Below are positions 11,288 through 23,264 of a stretch of DNA of 64,000 bases, piece by piece (the first letter of the stretch is position 1; the number at the start of each line of letters is the position of its first letter). The position numbers were made by a program, and so were the translations under genes. A model generated the notes under the pieces. It searched no databases and had not been told where the DNA came from. It was given only the letters and a program-made list of their open reading frames with translations. The DNA comes from Neoechinorhynchus agilis (lineage: Eukaryota > Animalia > Acanthocephala), in NCBI GenBank assembly GCA_051530055.1, contig CM121341.1, forward strand, positions 18,826,784 to 18,890,783. Direction: 5' to 3'.

Positions 11288-13348
11288 ATGAAGGCATTCT
11301 GTGGAAATATCGTATACTTTCCAAGTTTTGATAAATTCGAAATCTTCGAAAATGGGTATATATTTGTGGATGAGGAAAATAGGATCGTCAAAGTGACTAA
11401 GGATGAACCAATGTGTCCAATCGTTGATTATTCGGACAAATTTATTATCCCTTCATTCACAGACTTACACGTTCATGCGTGTCAGTTCCGTAATATGGGT
11501 ATAGGGTACGACGAAACGCTACTCGAATGGCTTTGCAAATACACTTTTCCTGAGGAAACTAAATACAGTGACCTGGATTACGCCTCGAAGATTTACTCGT
11601 CGTTCGCTGATTGCCTCTTGTATCATGGCAGCCTTCATTCAGTTATAATGGCGAGTTTATGTTAGACGTTCTTGTAATTGTTTTGTTTCAATTGAGCGGT
11701 AAGATGAACTTTAAGAGCTTCGTTTATTACCATTTCATTTATTGAAATTGTTTTTTTGCCAATTGCAATCTAAGATTTTTAAGTAAATTAAGTTCTTTAT
11801 TTCGCACTAAAGGTCCCAACTTATTTCTATAAGAACGTTTTGCTTACATGAGAAAGCAACTAAGAAGTTAATTGATATTATAAACAATCTCGGATTGGTC
11901 GCATGCGTTGGAAAGTGCAACATGGATATTCCTCTCCATACCGAGAACTTTTCTAGTGATCTGTGTGAATCTTCAGTGGAGGAATCTATTGCTTCCACCG
12001 AAAGGCTAATAGGATATTCCAAAGCAAAGGACCGAATTCGCTACACGGTAACTCCTCGATTTGTGCCCTCGTGTACTAATGAGTTGCTATTAAAATTAGG
12101 CCAGCTCGCTGAAAAACATCAAACACCAATACACTCTCATTTGTGCGAAAATCAAGATGAGATTGATTCTGTGAAGGAACGTTTTCCTCTCATTAAAGGC
12201 GGATATACGGGAGTATATGAACACTTCGGCCTTTTAAACTTCATCTACAGTTTTCGAGGATTTATGACGTTCAAAGGGGCATTAGATCTCCTAGTCTTAA
12301 ACAAAACATTGTCTTCCTAACTTTAACCAGCTTAAGAGTAGCGACGGCATTATGGTAAGTTTAAATTTTTAGTAGCATAAATCCGTCGAAAATTTTTGCC
12401 GGGTTCACATGCATTCAATTCATGTTTTTAAATAAAAACGGTTGTTATTTTTTTACCGTTTAAGAACGACGTTGCCACAATTGGGATAAAGGCCAAAATA
12501 TTCAATGGTTGTAATTTCCTTGGCGAATAATTTACGTTTATTAGAGTAGGAGTTAAAAAAATTATTAATATGTTGTTTTATTATTATCTTTCCTAATTGG
12601 GAACCGTAATATTCAAGAAATATTTATCATTGACTCGCTCGTCGCTGACGATATCTCTGGTCACTATCTACGTTTAAATGTAATCCTGTTGTTTTCAAGC
12701 GCAAAAATTGCTGACGGAAATGTCAATTCAAGTATTCTTCGAATTTGAATCCAACTTTCTTCGCCCTCTCTATTCGAACTGTAATTGAAGGGATAAACAA
12801 GCGGACTGTAATGGCTCATTGCGTGCACATGACTAATGAAGAGTTAAATCTTATGAAAAAGAACGAATGTTTCATTGCCCATTGTCCAACTTCAAACATT
12901 AACCTAAAAAGTGGAACATGTCCTATCAAAAAGTTCGTACAAAGTGGAATTAACGTAGGATTAGGCAGCGATGTATCTGGAGGACACAGCATGGATATGT
13001 TCGAGATTATGCGATCAGCTATTATTTCATCTACGCAATATTTGATTCTTAACGGTGAGTTGCTCACAGAGTCAAAGATGCACTAAGTACCTTGACATGC
13101 AAACGAATTTTAAATTCGACCATCAGCTGTCGCCTACAAATGTCTTTTATTTGGCCACTAAAGGAGGCGGATCCTTTTTTGGCAAAACCGGCTCGTTTGA
13201 ACCAGGATACGAGTTCAATGCTTTAGTACTGAAGGAAAACGAAATCAATCATGACAGTCGATCGCTACAAGATAGACTGGAGCGCTTATTGTGGTCAGGA
13301 TCAGGAGAATTGATCATTAAGCGGTATTTGAGCGGTCAGTCACTGTAA
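11288..13348 (+). CDS. GDA: Guanine deaminase (amidohydrolase), interrupted at about 11660-11846, 12240-12798 and 13055-13112; may be a pseudogene
   Basis: DLHVH, LLEWLCKYTFPEE, VGKCNMD, TPRFVPSCT, HSHLCEN, MAHC, AHCPTSN, GSDVSGG, ATKGG..GSFEPGYEF; metal-binding and catalytic residues are present. Confidence 0.9.
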
Positions 13349-13373
13349 TAGACCTCGTTATTGAGAAAATTAT

Positions 13374-14296
13374 TGTTACAGCGTGACTAGCCATCAACTC
13401 TTGTTTTGTTTGGAAGACAAAAGTAACTTTTATTGGCTCGCATTCGCACACCTCAAGTAAAGTGGCGAGCGTACACAATGAGAGTATACACGAAAGAATG
13501 GTAGATCTGAAACGACGACACACAGAACTGTTCGCCCGTTATCGATAGAACGCACCCGACGCGTCACGATCGATCACTCTATAACATTTCTCCTTCCTCG
13601 TCTGAACAGGTCGTGTCATAATCTTATAACCATGCAGCTCCAGAAAAAGCCCTTAGCTGTTTCTTCGATGTCGGTGATGGACAATTTATCATTGATAACA
13701 ATTTTGTCTTTTGCGAACTTATCTTCCCGGCTCACCAATTCATTCCCAATATCTCTATGATTTCCTCCATAAATTTGCATTTTTCTACTTTTAGCGTCAG
13801 CCCCGCGGTTTCTAGAAGACTTAATACTCTTCTCAAGTTTGTTAAGTGTTTTTCATCGTTTTCTCCACTGATCACTATATCATCAAGGTAGGCCGCCACA
13901 TTCGGTATTCCGTCGAGTAGGTGGTTCACAAATCTTTGAAAGATGAATGGAGCGGTATTAATTCCCAAAGGAAGCCTGGTGAACTGATGGAATCCCATCT
14001 TGAAATTCTCTATTTTCTGGTCCTAGTCGGCAAGATCCGTTATCTTTTGATCCCCATGGTAAAGAATCCCACCGCCGTCACCAGTCGTTACAGCTTGACT
14101 AGCCATCAACTCTCGTTTTGTGGGGAAGACAAAAATTACCTTCATTGGCTCGCCTTCGCACACCTCAAGTAAAGCAGCGAGTGTACACAATGAGAGTAGA
14201 CACGAAAGAATGGTAGATCTGAAACGATGACACACAATTGTTCGCCCGTTATTGATCGAACGCGCCCGACGCTCCACGATCGATCACTCTATAACA
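13374..14296 (-). mobile_element. Internally deleted Gypsy/Ty3 LTR retrotransposon (about 920 bp)
   Basis: LTRs 14086-14296 and 13374-13586 (TG...CA); PBS at 14064-14083; PPT GAGGAAGGAGAAA before the 3' LTR; RT core LPLG..APFIFQR..YLDDIVI; TTAT on both flanks. Confidence 0.92.
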
Positions 14297-14409
14297 GTTA
14301 TGTAATGTTTCGTTTGAGTAACCTCACGATGGACTCCTATGATGATTGCAAAGATGCCCATCATTTACTTTTTTTATAGCGAATTATAATAAAAAGAATT
14401 TAACGAGTT

Positions 14410-14625
14410 TTATATTTATTTATTAAAATTTACAAGTTTTGGAAGATTATGTTCTGTGGAGCCGCGGTTTCTCTCACGCTGGCAGCAGTGTCGCACGCAG
14501 GTCCCTTTTCATCGCCATCGACCTCCTTGCTATATCTGAAACCAGCTGTGCCCCCGAACGTTTCGATCCCGAAAGGCACAAAATGGAAGCTCTCCCTCAG
14601 CTCAATGTATTTTGCCACTTTCTGA
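14410..14625 (-). mobile_element. Decayed CRE-like 3' fragment (another family)
   Basis: KVAKYIELRESFHFVPFGIETFG and ..AASVRET remnants. Confidence 0.7.
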
Positions 14626-14649
14626 CAATCCACTGCGGTCCAAACCCGA

Positions 14650-17600
14650 AATGAGCGATACTGTCGCCGTAGGCAACGAAAGCGTCAGTCGAAGCTCATC
14701 ACCGTGGTGGGTACGGACTGTTCAGGTGGCGCTGACAGCCGTGAGCCCTTTGGCCCAGCTATTTCAGATAGAAGAGGACTACGAATCGGATCCTTGAATT
14801 GTAGGAGTCTGCGAGCGCAATGGCGTAGGGGAACCCTGGCCATTGTGTTTTTACAAGAATTGCGCATAAGAAACCAGTCAGACACAGACGTAAGTCAGGA
14901 GGATTTAGGAGGATGCTGGTCATTATGTTGCCTATCTGCAGACAGTCGAGGAAATGGAGGTGTAGGCGTTTGTTTATCATCCCGCCTCCAAAACTCAGCA
15001 CTATGCAGTACCATAACTGACCGAATCCTTCGTGTTAGCATAAAGCTTCGGTCGAGAAATCTCTATGCTTTTGGCGTATATTCACCGACCTCCTCGTCGG
15101 ATGAAGAGGCGGTTGAAGGATTTTATGGAAATCTAGCCGAAGCATTAGATGATGTACCGAACAGAGACACCCTCCTAATAGCCGGTGACTTCAACGCGAT
15201 TTTACCGCATTCCGAAAGATCGCTATATGTGTTGAAAAGCGAGAATCGGAACAGCCGGTACTTGGTTGAGGCGCTCGAGCGGCATGATCTCGTGTCTGCT
15301 TACACTTTATTCCGGAAGCGTCCGTGGCGTTTGGCGACGTTTATGGGTCAAAAGAATCCTTCCAAACATGCCATGGGAAAAAATCCCAAGAGACGCTTAG
15401 CTCAGCTTGACCATATATTGTTGAGACGTAGGGAAAAATGTCGGGTCAAAAACGCTGACACATTCACAGTTGATGGGCTGCCAACCGACCACAAGTTGGT
15501 GATGTGCCAGTTGAGCATGAGTGACTCGTTGTTCCGTACGCCTCAGCATCCTCCACGTCCGTTCTATGGCGCCCTCGCTAATGAGGAGAAGAGGAAAGCG
15601 TTCGATATCGAACAAGAGAATCAACTGAGCTCGATGCCAGCTGCTGAAACGGATATTGGTTTTTATTACAAGTCAATCTGCGACGCAGTGACCGAAGCGG
15701 CCGAGAAAACCCTCCCAAAAATGAGGCGTATAAAAGCTGCAAAGGTTATATGACAAGAGGACTTTGAATTTATAGCAATGGCTGAGCAGATCAAAACTCT
15801 AAAAAAAGAGGAAACGATCTGAGGCTCGCATTGCAAATCTTGAACTTGCCAACCTCTATAATGAAAAGCAAAAAGCTTCGATAGAGGATGCAGTTCGTGG
15901 GATCGCATATAAGGAAGGTTTTGTTCGTACCTCCTTAGCATGGAGAACGATAAACACTCTCACAGGAAGATCCCAAAGACAGCCAACTTTGATTGAATGT
16001 CCCTCCCCGGAAATCAGAAAAAAAAAAGAATCGCAAATTATTTTGCGGAAATTCTCAATTCGCCATTATCGTCTTTGGAAGTGTCCTGCACTTCCAAAAG
16101 GCACAATCGTCCCAAGCACTGAGGCATACTTCACTGGACCGATTTCCGTGAAGGAAGCGATCGCTGCGGCGAAAATGATGCGTGCGGGACGTGCATCAGG
16201 TCCAGATGGGATAATGGCAGAGGTACTGAGGTTTGAATCTATTGCCAGAAAAATCATACCGATAGTGAATTGCATAATGAACGGTGGCTCAGTACCTCAA
16301 ATCTGGCAAACGGCGCATTTAACAATGATCCCCAAGAAATGCTGCTCGACAAAGGTGGAGGACTACAGAGGTATATCCTTGATGTCCAACACGGCAAAAC
16401 TTTTCAGTAGCATTTTGAGACGCCGAATTCAGCCAATCCTCGAACCGTTTCTAAGAATTGAACAGAACGGCTTGAGGAAAGGTCGAGGCACCACAGAGCA
16501 CATATTGGCTTTGAGGAGGATCCTCGAGGAGGCACGAATTCATCAAACGGATGTGACGCTGGTATTTGTTGATTTCCGTCGAGCCTTCGATTCGGTAAAT
16601 CGAACGATGATTGGCGGTATCTTAAAGGAGTGTGGAGTGCCGCCGATCATTATCACATCCGTTATGGCATTATATAAAAACACAAGGTCCGCCATAAAGA
16701 CAGCTGACGGTTTGACAGAATACTTTTCCACCACTTCAGGTGTTCTGCAGGGCGACACATTGGCTCCTTTCCTCTTCATCTTGGTGCTTGATTGGGTAAT
16801 GAGATGGGCACTACCTAATGATGAAAATGGATTTCTTCTGTTGAGGAAAAGAGGTGGCAGGTATCCTGAGATACACGCCTCCTACATTGCTTATGCCGAC
16901 GACATCGTATTGATGTCCTCAACAGTCGAAGGAGCTCAACGCATGCTAAATAGACTGTGCGAGAGGGCGAGTATGATTGGTCTGACCATCAACTCGAAAA
17001 AGACGGAATTCTTGACGATTCCGCATGTCGCGCATACAGTCTCTGTCGAAGGGCCGAATGGCGTGTAGCAATTAAAAGAGATAGAGCTGTATGTCTATCT
17101 GGGAGCTGTCGTTCCTGAGGTGAGTGCGGATGTCAGCCGACGGAGAGCTATAGCTTGGAGAGCAATGGGGCAACTTAAACCACTGTTTGACAGTGAGTCT
17201 TTGCCAGATGAACTCCGTTCGCAGCTGTTCAGGACTCTAATTTAGAGCATTCTTTACTACAATGCAGAGACCTGGACACTGTCACCAACGGCGGCGAAGC
17301 AGTTGGACCAAAATCATTCATCTCTCTTACGTGCGGCGTTCAAGGTCAGATGGTCAGATAAAGTGACCAACAAAGCACTGTATAAGAGAGCCGGAGTCCA
17401 ACCGCCCAGTGAATATTTGCGCCGCAGACGACTGCAGTTCACGGTCAATATGATTCGGTCCGATGCATCTTGCCTACAGGTCGTGCAACAGTTCCTTTTC
17501 TGGAAGCCAACGACATTGTATCGTAAAGGCAAAGGGAACTGTCGTACATATGATGACCTGATTTTTAGAGACGCGAATTGCCCGCATAACAGGACTGCTG

Positions 17601-17697
17601 TCGTGTATTTTAGATCCTTGCGGAGTCTAATTATATTTGACGGGCTTATACCTACGGTGCAACGTAGGAAAGTACCGTTGCATACAATACAATACAA
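14650..17697 (+). mobile_element. RTE family A, near full length (APE plus RT), disrupted
   Basis: SLNCRSL, LQELR, AGDFNA, LDHIL, TDHKLV; RT DFRRAFDSV, GVLQGDTLAPFLF, YADD; stops at about 15751 and 17066; 3' hairpin and (ATACA)3 tail. Confidence 0.93.
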
Positions 17698-18493
17698 GTA
17701 AGAAGGCTGGAATTCGTATTTACAACACTCAAGGAATCGCTCTCAGAAGCACATTCAAGAGGAAGGGTAGAATTGAGCCGACTCGTGGGATATATATAAT
17801 TCATTGTGAACTGTGTGAGAAAGTATATATCGACCAAACGATGCAATGCATCGAGAAGAGGGTCGCTCAACATAAGCAAGCTTGCAGTCGATTTCAGCAT
17901 TCGTCGTCAATCTCTAATCATCAAGAGACATGCAAGCATCGAGCGGATTTTGGTGGCACCGACTTCATTAAAATAGAGGAAAACTTGAAAAGGCGTCTTG
18001 TCTTGGAGGCCATGCACATCGCTTTGTCCAACACAATGGAAGGAAATAAAGCTAATTTGAGCTTGAAACTGCGAGCCAGCGACGTGCTAAAAGTCAATCC
18101 TAAAATCATGGAAAAAACGTAGTACGCGCATGGAGTTCGAGCGGATAATTGGTCCCCGAACTTCGGGTTTGGCGATCCCGCGCACTCGAGCTCAAAAACC
18201 TGAATAAGAAAAACATATTATTTTTAGATGACTGATGAGGCGAGGTCACCTCGCGAAATATTTCTAATAAATCAAAATCAAATGTGTTATTACCGGGATT
18301 ATTACCACCAAAATAATATTAATCAAAACGTCGGTAATAACAAGTGCGCCTACACCCATAGCAGATCAAACAAACCAACCTCAGTAATCCTTGACTCATC
18401 TGGGCGTTTCGGAGTGATCAATTCCTCATTAATAGTTCTTGCTAGCGCTGTAAGGGGAAAAAGTTCAATACGCTTTACTGAGTAGCCGTAACA
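17698..18493 (+). mobile_element. Penelope-like element 3' part (GIY-YIG endonuclease plus pLTR)
   Basis: GIYIIHCELCEKVYIDQT..RRLVLEAMHI..MEGNKA; same family as 42795-43065; hammerhead downstream. Confidence 0.9.
18232..18264 (+). ncRNA. Hammerhead ribozyme (minimal type, PLE pLTR)
   Basis: CTGATGA g GCGAGG tca CCTCGC GAAA TATTTC. Confidence 0.85.
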
Positions 18494-18564
18494 ACATTCA
18501 ACAACAACTCGTTCATAGATTAGTGTGTATTGATTTTATTTTGCATATGTACATATTAACGGAC

Positions 18565-18590
18565 GAGGACCCAAAGGTACATGGGTCCTC
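18565..18590 (+). repeat. CR1/L2-like 3' stem-loop fragment
   Basis: GAGGACCC aaaggtacat GGGTCCTC followed by ctttgtatttt; homologous to 8466-8500 and 53963-54000. Confidence 0.6.
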
Positions 18591-20531
18591 TTAAACTTTT
18601 CTTTGTATTTTCATTAAGTGTTATATATAACCGTAGGTGAGTATAGGTAAAATAAAGAAGAAGTAAATAAAAACGTTTGTTGGCTTTTATACAAAAATAA
18701 CAAGAAGATTTATATATCACGTTAAACATGTAGATGGAAGCTTAACAAAATCATGAAATCCAACGTTCAATACGGGAAGCACAGAAATTCCTCAACTCTC
18801 CGGCCCATGGAAACGCCAAGAAATCTAGGTCTTGGTGGAAAGAGTATACAAAAACAGTCTATTGTTCTGGGAGCGACATCTTGAGACAAATACTAGTAGC
18901 TCTTCCAAAGAGCCTGCGATTGTGTTGAGATTATTCTAAGATTTGTGGCTCGTCTTGCTTTTTTTGATACCTAATTTAAGCATTTTTTCATTCTTTTCAA
19001 GTCAAATCTGGGTGAAAGATTCGCTGTAAAAGTGTGTCTTAGGATTCACAATTTTAGTAGAGTGATAGAATTTTCCGGCGGGCATCATTAGAATAGTTGA
19101 TAAGCTTGTTAAAAAATTTCCGATCTCAAAGAATATTTTAGGAATTATTATGTGAAACGCAGGATCACGATCGACGCCCAAAATCGATAATCTAATATTT
19201 ATCGATCTACCGAAGAATCACTTTAATTGAAATATCTCGTCCAATCACAGTGGACTTCTTAGGTTAATTATTGCTTGTAAGTTTCAAATGTGTCAGTTGG
19301 TGTAATTCTTTGATATATAATTTTTCCCCACTTCTATATACTCATGGATTTTATCTTTATTTATCGATCTAACGATTAGTGCAAGGCCGATTAACTGGCA
19401 TTAATTGAAATCAAACTATTTTTTAAGTTAATTAAGCATTGTCAATTTAATTTTATTATATTCCATCACCGCAAAAAACCGCCTTTCGAGAAATAGATCC
19501 TTAGACTTTAACGAAATATTGACAGTCTTTATCCAATGTTCATCATGGGAGATATGCTGTATTTTTAATATTGAAGAAAAAACTGAGATAGAAAATAAAC
19601 ATGAAGTTCGGTTGCAAGGTGGAAAATCCGCATGCATTTAACTGCAGTTTTCTTTAAATGCTCACTTAGATTCTCAAGCGGTGCTTACCATTCATTATAA
19701 CGAAAATTTTATAAAAGTCGATTTTAAACATGAGGTCGGCGAGATGGCACAAACGTCAATAGGGCACCGCAAGGAATTAGTTCTTCAAAGGCGATATCGT
19801 TAACTAACACTGCTTTTTTCTAAATCATCCGTTCGTCGGATTTGTAGTTAAAAAGAGCTATCCCCTTGTCTCGATAGGCGTTCATTATTATAATGTTGGA
19901 GAAGTCGAAAAATGCGATTAGTGAGTCTTAAAAAGATTTCGGATTCTTAAACCGACCATTAATTTGGGACGCATTAACGATAATAAAAATTTATTTTCGC
20001 AAAGACACCCTTTTGGCTCTGCTTCGTTCTCTTCTCGAAAATCTACAAAAAGCATTTAAAAATATGCCACCTTCAAACCGGGGAACCAGGAGTCAGAATG
20101 TAGCCACTACACCTACCCGGTAATGAAATAAGGCATTGATCTTATTGTCGTCACCTTCCCGCCATGGAATGGACTTAGACCATTAGATGTTGCCATATCA
20201 GTTTGTGGGTCAGGACGATAACTATTTTCGCATCGAGTAACATTCTGTGATTACCGCGGATCCAACAACGACCGCAACCTGACAATTTGCTAAAAATGAT
20301 GTATATGTTGCAACTATCTCTTCCAACATAAATTTGCTTCTATTCCGATGCTTTGCATTTGACAGACATTTAAACAAACATCACAAATGAGCAAAACTAC
20401 TTTATCCTCTCATTTCCGCACTCAAATAAGAGTTGCAAATATTTATTTGTTTTATAGTTATCAGTTACAAACGCTATACACTTTTACTGGTTTTGTAGCA
20501 ACGTTCCGCCCACCCCATAATTTAATTTGAT

Positions 20532-21733
20532 TCACAGTTGTTTCCGCACCGGAGATTCTTCACTGTCATCAGATTTATCATTCTTTGTGGACAATGATTT
20601 TTCTGCTTCATCTGCTTCTGCTTCTTGCATATCTGAGTCTCCATAAAGAATTTTCCAATCAAAGTCGAAACGCTGCAGTTGTTCGACTTTCCTATTAGCA
20701 CCGCTGTTTAAAAAAATCCTCCAATCATAATCGCGGCATTCCTTCGTAGCTTCGGACCAGTCGGTATGCTTATCTTCCTCTTCCTTTTTTTTCATAAGCT
20801 TTATCCACGAAATATGTGCCCGCCGGTGACTTCTGATATTAGATAAAGCGTCTGGTTCCGGTACACCTTCTGCCGTTATTCGCCTTAGGTATCCAGCGTC
20901 ATCTTCTTCTTCTGGCTTCATCTCGGTTACTTGAATATATTTCCCATCATATTCCTCGGACGAAGAAATCATATTTTCCCAGCTATCTTCAAATCTAATA
21001 TTTTGATCAATTTTGTTTTGATGAACTCGTACTGGCCGCATTTTTCCCTCTAAAGTTCCATCTGAATTGTTGTAAAAATCTCTTGAACTGCAAGCGGTAG
21101 CGGTGGAAGATTCAGCGCTAACAACGTAGTCGCTATCACTTGACGGGATGGGCCGATTTGCTTGGTCATCAAAACTATCGATTCCTGACCAGTCATCACT
21201 GGGGTCGCTGTGCAAATCTTCAATTGAATTTTCATTTGCAATTTCTTCTTGGGCGTGGTCTGAAAGGATTATATTAGCTTTTAATTAAAGAATACTTTAA
21301 ACTTACTTGTGGCATTTGGAATTTGTTCCGTGTTTTGAAAATTTTCGTCCGGGGAGGTGTGGTCGGCGGAATTGTTTTCGGGTACAACCTCCGAATTTGA
21401 CTTTTCAATTGTAACAGTACGACTTTTATCGCACACTCGAATGGTATAATCAAAATTCATTTCGTCATTTAACTTTGAATTTGATATTAGATCGCATATA
21501 TATTGCCTAGTGATGCTTACCTCATTTTTGAAGCGAACACTGCTAAGTATTGCATTATTAAAGCGGCCTATCAATTCCAGGCACAAGTTCAAATCCGCTA
21601 AGAAATCTGATGATCGCACAAATCCGGTTCGATCGGTTGTGAGAGATTCATGTAGGATGACTCGGTAAGTGAATACATCGTTTCCGCGTGGAAGTATTAG
21701 AAAACGAGGAATATTACAGCTTTGATTGTTCAT
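20532..21733 (-). CDS. Orphan palindrome gene, copy 1 (384 aa); exons 21733-21307, 21259-20532
   Basis: ORFs 21281-21733 and 20532-21215 are joined in frame by a 47-bp GTAAGT..TTTCAG intron. Confidence 0.8.
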
Positions 21734-23264
21734 CTAAAAGAAGATTTACAATTTTTAGGAAATTTCAAATTCGCTCTAATATAGGTTTGGAATGCGATAG
21801 CGAAGCCTGATGTATCCTATCGGTTGATGTTAGTTAGCAATGAGTATAGTTCTAAAGAGAACTGGCTGGATTCCTTTGTTCATATGGAGGAAATGAAGCT
21901 GATTGGTCGCACTTGTTCAGCATATCACGTTTCTTTTTCCATCAAACTTCAAATAACCGCAGTTGTTACATCAATCAATCGGCTTTTAAGTGGTAGACAC
22001 ACATCATATATTTGCACTCGGTGAGATCAGATTGTGGTCAATATAAAAAGGCCGCACCGAAAAATCTATTTTCTCATTGTTTCTTAACAATGGGAAAATA
22101 TAGATATTTTCACAGCTGTAGTTTTTATGGCACTTAATGTTCATAATAGACATTGATGGGGATAATTGATGATTACACAAACGTTTTGCTTTATGATGGG
22201 TCATTAAAAGCATTTCGTACAAATGAAATGACTTAATTTTAAAACTAATATTTATTCCACACATTTGTATATTAAGTGAAATGTTCAAAGCGAAGATTTA
22301 ATGAATTGATGTAATTTGTAACTATATTCTCCATAATTTTAATTGTTGACTGTAGTGTATCATTTTTTGAATATTTCGTTCGGATTTTTAGAAGCGTTGC
22401 TTTTGTCTTGACCTTTTAAATAATTTTTTATTAAAGCCTTTTGGAACATCTTCGGGTTTAATCAATAGTTTCTTTGTAAGTTTTCGCAATTGGGAAAACT
22501 AAAAAACGAGATTCGAAAACACTTTAATAAAAAAAATTATTTTAAACGCCAAGACCTAAACAACATTTTTAATCATATACCACGGTACATCGCATATCAA
22601 CTGTAGAATTTTCCTTCACGTTGTTAATCTTTTGCCGCGAAGCCTTTCAAAAGATTAGATTGGGCATATATGCTGCCTACTGCTGAAGATGATTTTTTCT
22701 TTTTAGGAGCAAATTTTTTGTTTATGCTTAGCAATAAATATTAGTTTTAAAATTATGCCATTTCATTGGTGCGAAATGTTTTCAATGTCCTATTATAAAG
22801 CAACACGCATGTGCAATTATCAATTATACCCATCAATGTTTATTATAAAAACTCAGTGCAATATAAACCGCAACCGTGAAAATAGCCATATTTTCTTATT
22901 TTTATAAAGAAACATGAAACTTTAAGACGATAGCTTAATCTCTTCGGCCTTTTATATTGACCATAATCTGATCTCACCGAGTGCAAATATATGATGTGTG
23001 TCTACCACTTAAAAGCTGATTGATTGATGTAACAACTGCGGTTATTTGATGTTTGATAGAAAAAGAAACGTGATATGCCGAACAAGTGTGACCAATCAGC
23101 TTCATTTCCTCCATATGAACAAAGGAATCCAGCCAGTTCTCTTTAGAACTACACTCATTGCTAACTAACGTCAACCGCTAGGATACACCAGACTTCGCTA
23201 TCGCATTCCAAACATATATTAGAGCGAATTTGAAATTTCCTAAAAATTGTAAATCTTCTTTTAG

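Larger units (their letters stand above)
17979..20182 (+). repeat. Left arm of large inverted repeat (partner 33573-39751)
   Basis: Base-by-base reverse-complement match at checked points, e.g. 18484-18560 vs 35200-35274 and 20090-20182 vs 33573-33665. Confidence 0.9.

Noticed and set aside
14704-17068. In-frame TGA/TAG stops suggesting a variant genetic code
   Set aside because: They lie in decayed TEs alongside frameshifts; host genes end in standard TAA or TGA and use TGG for Trp.
21824-22288. Antisense and upstream ORFs repeated in every palindrome arm (MMLVSNEYSS.., MQMKIQLK.., MNISLNIQ..)
   Set aside because: Shadow frames of duplicated DNA; starts, stops and lengths differ between copies.
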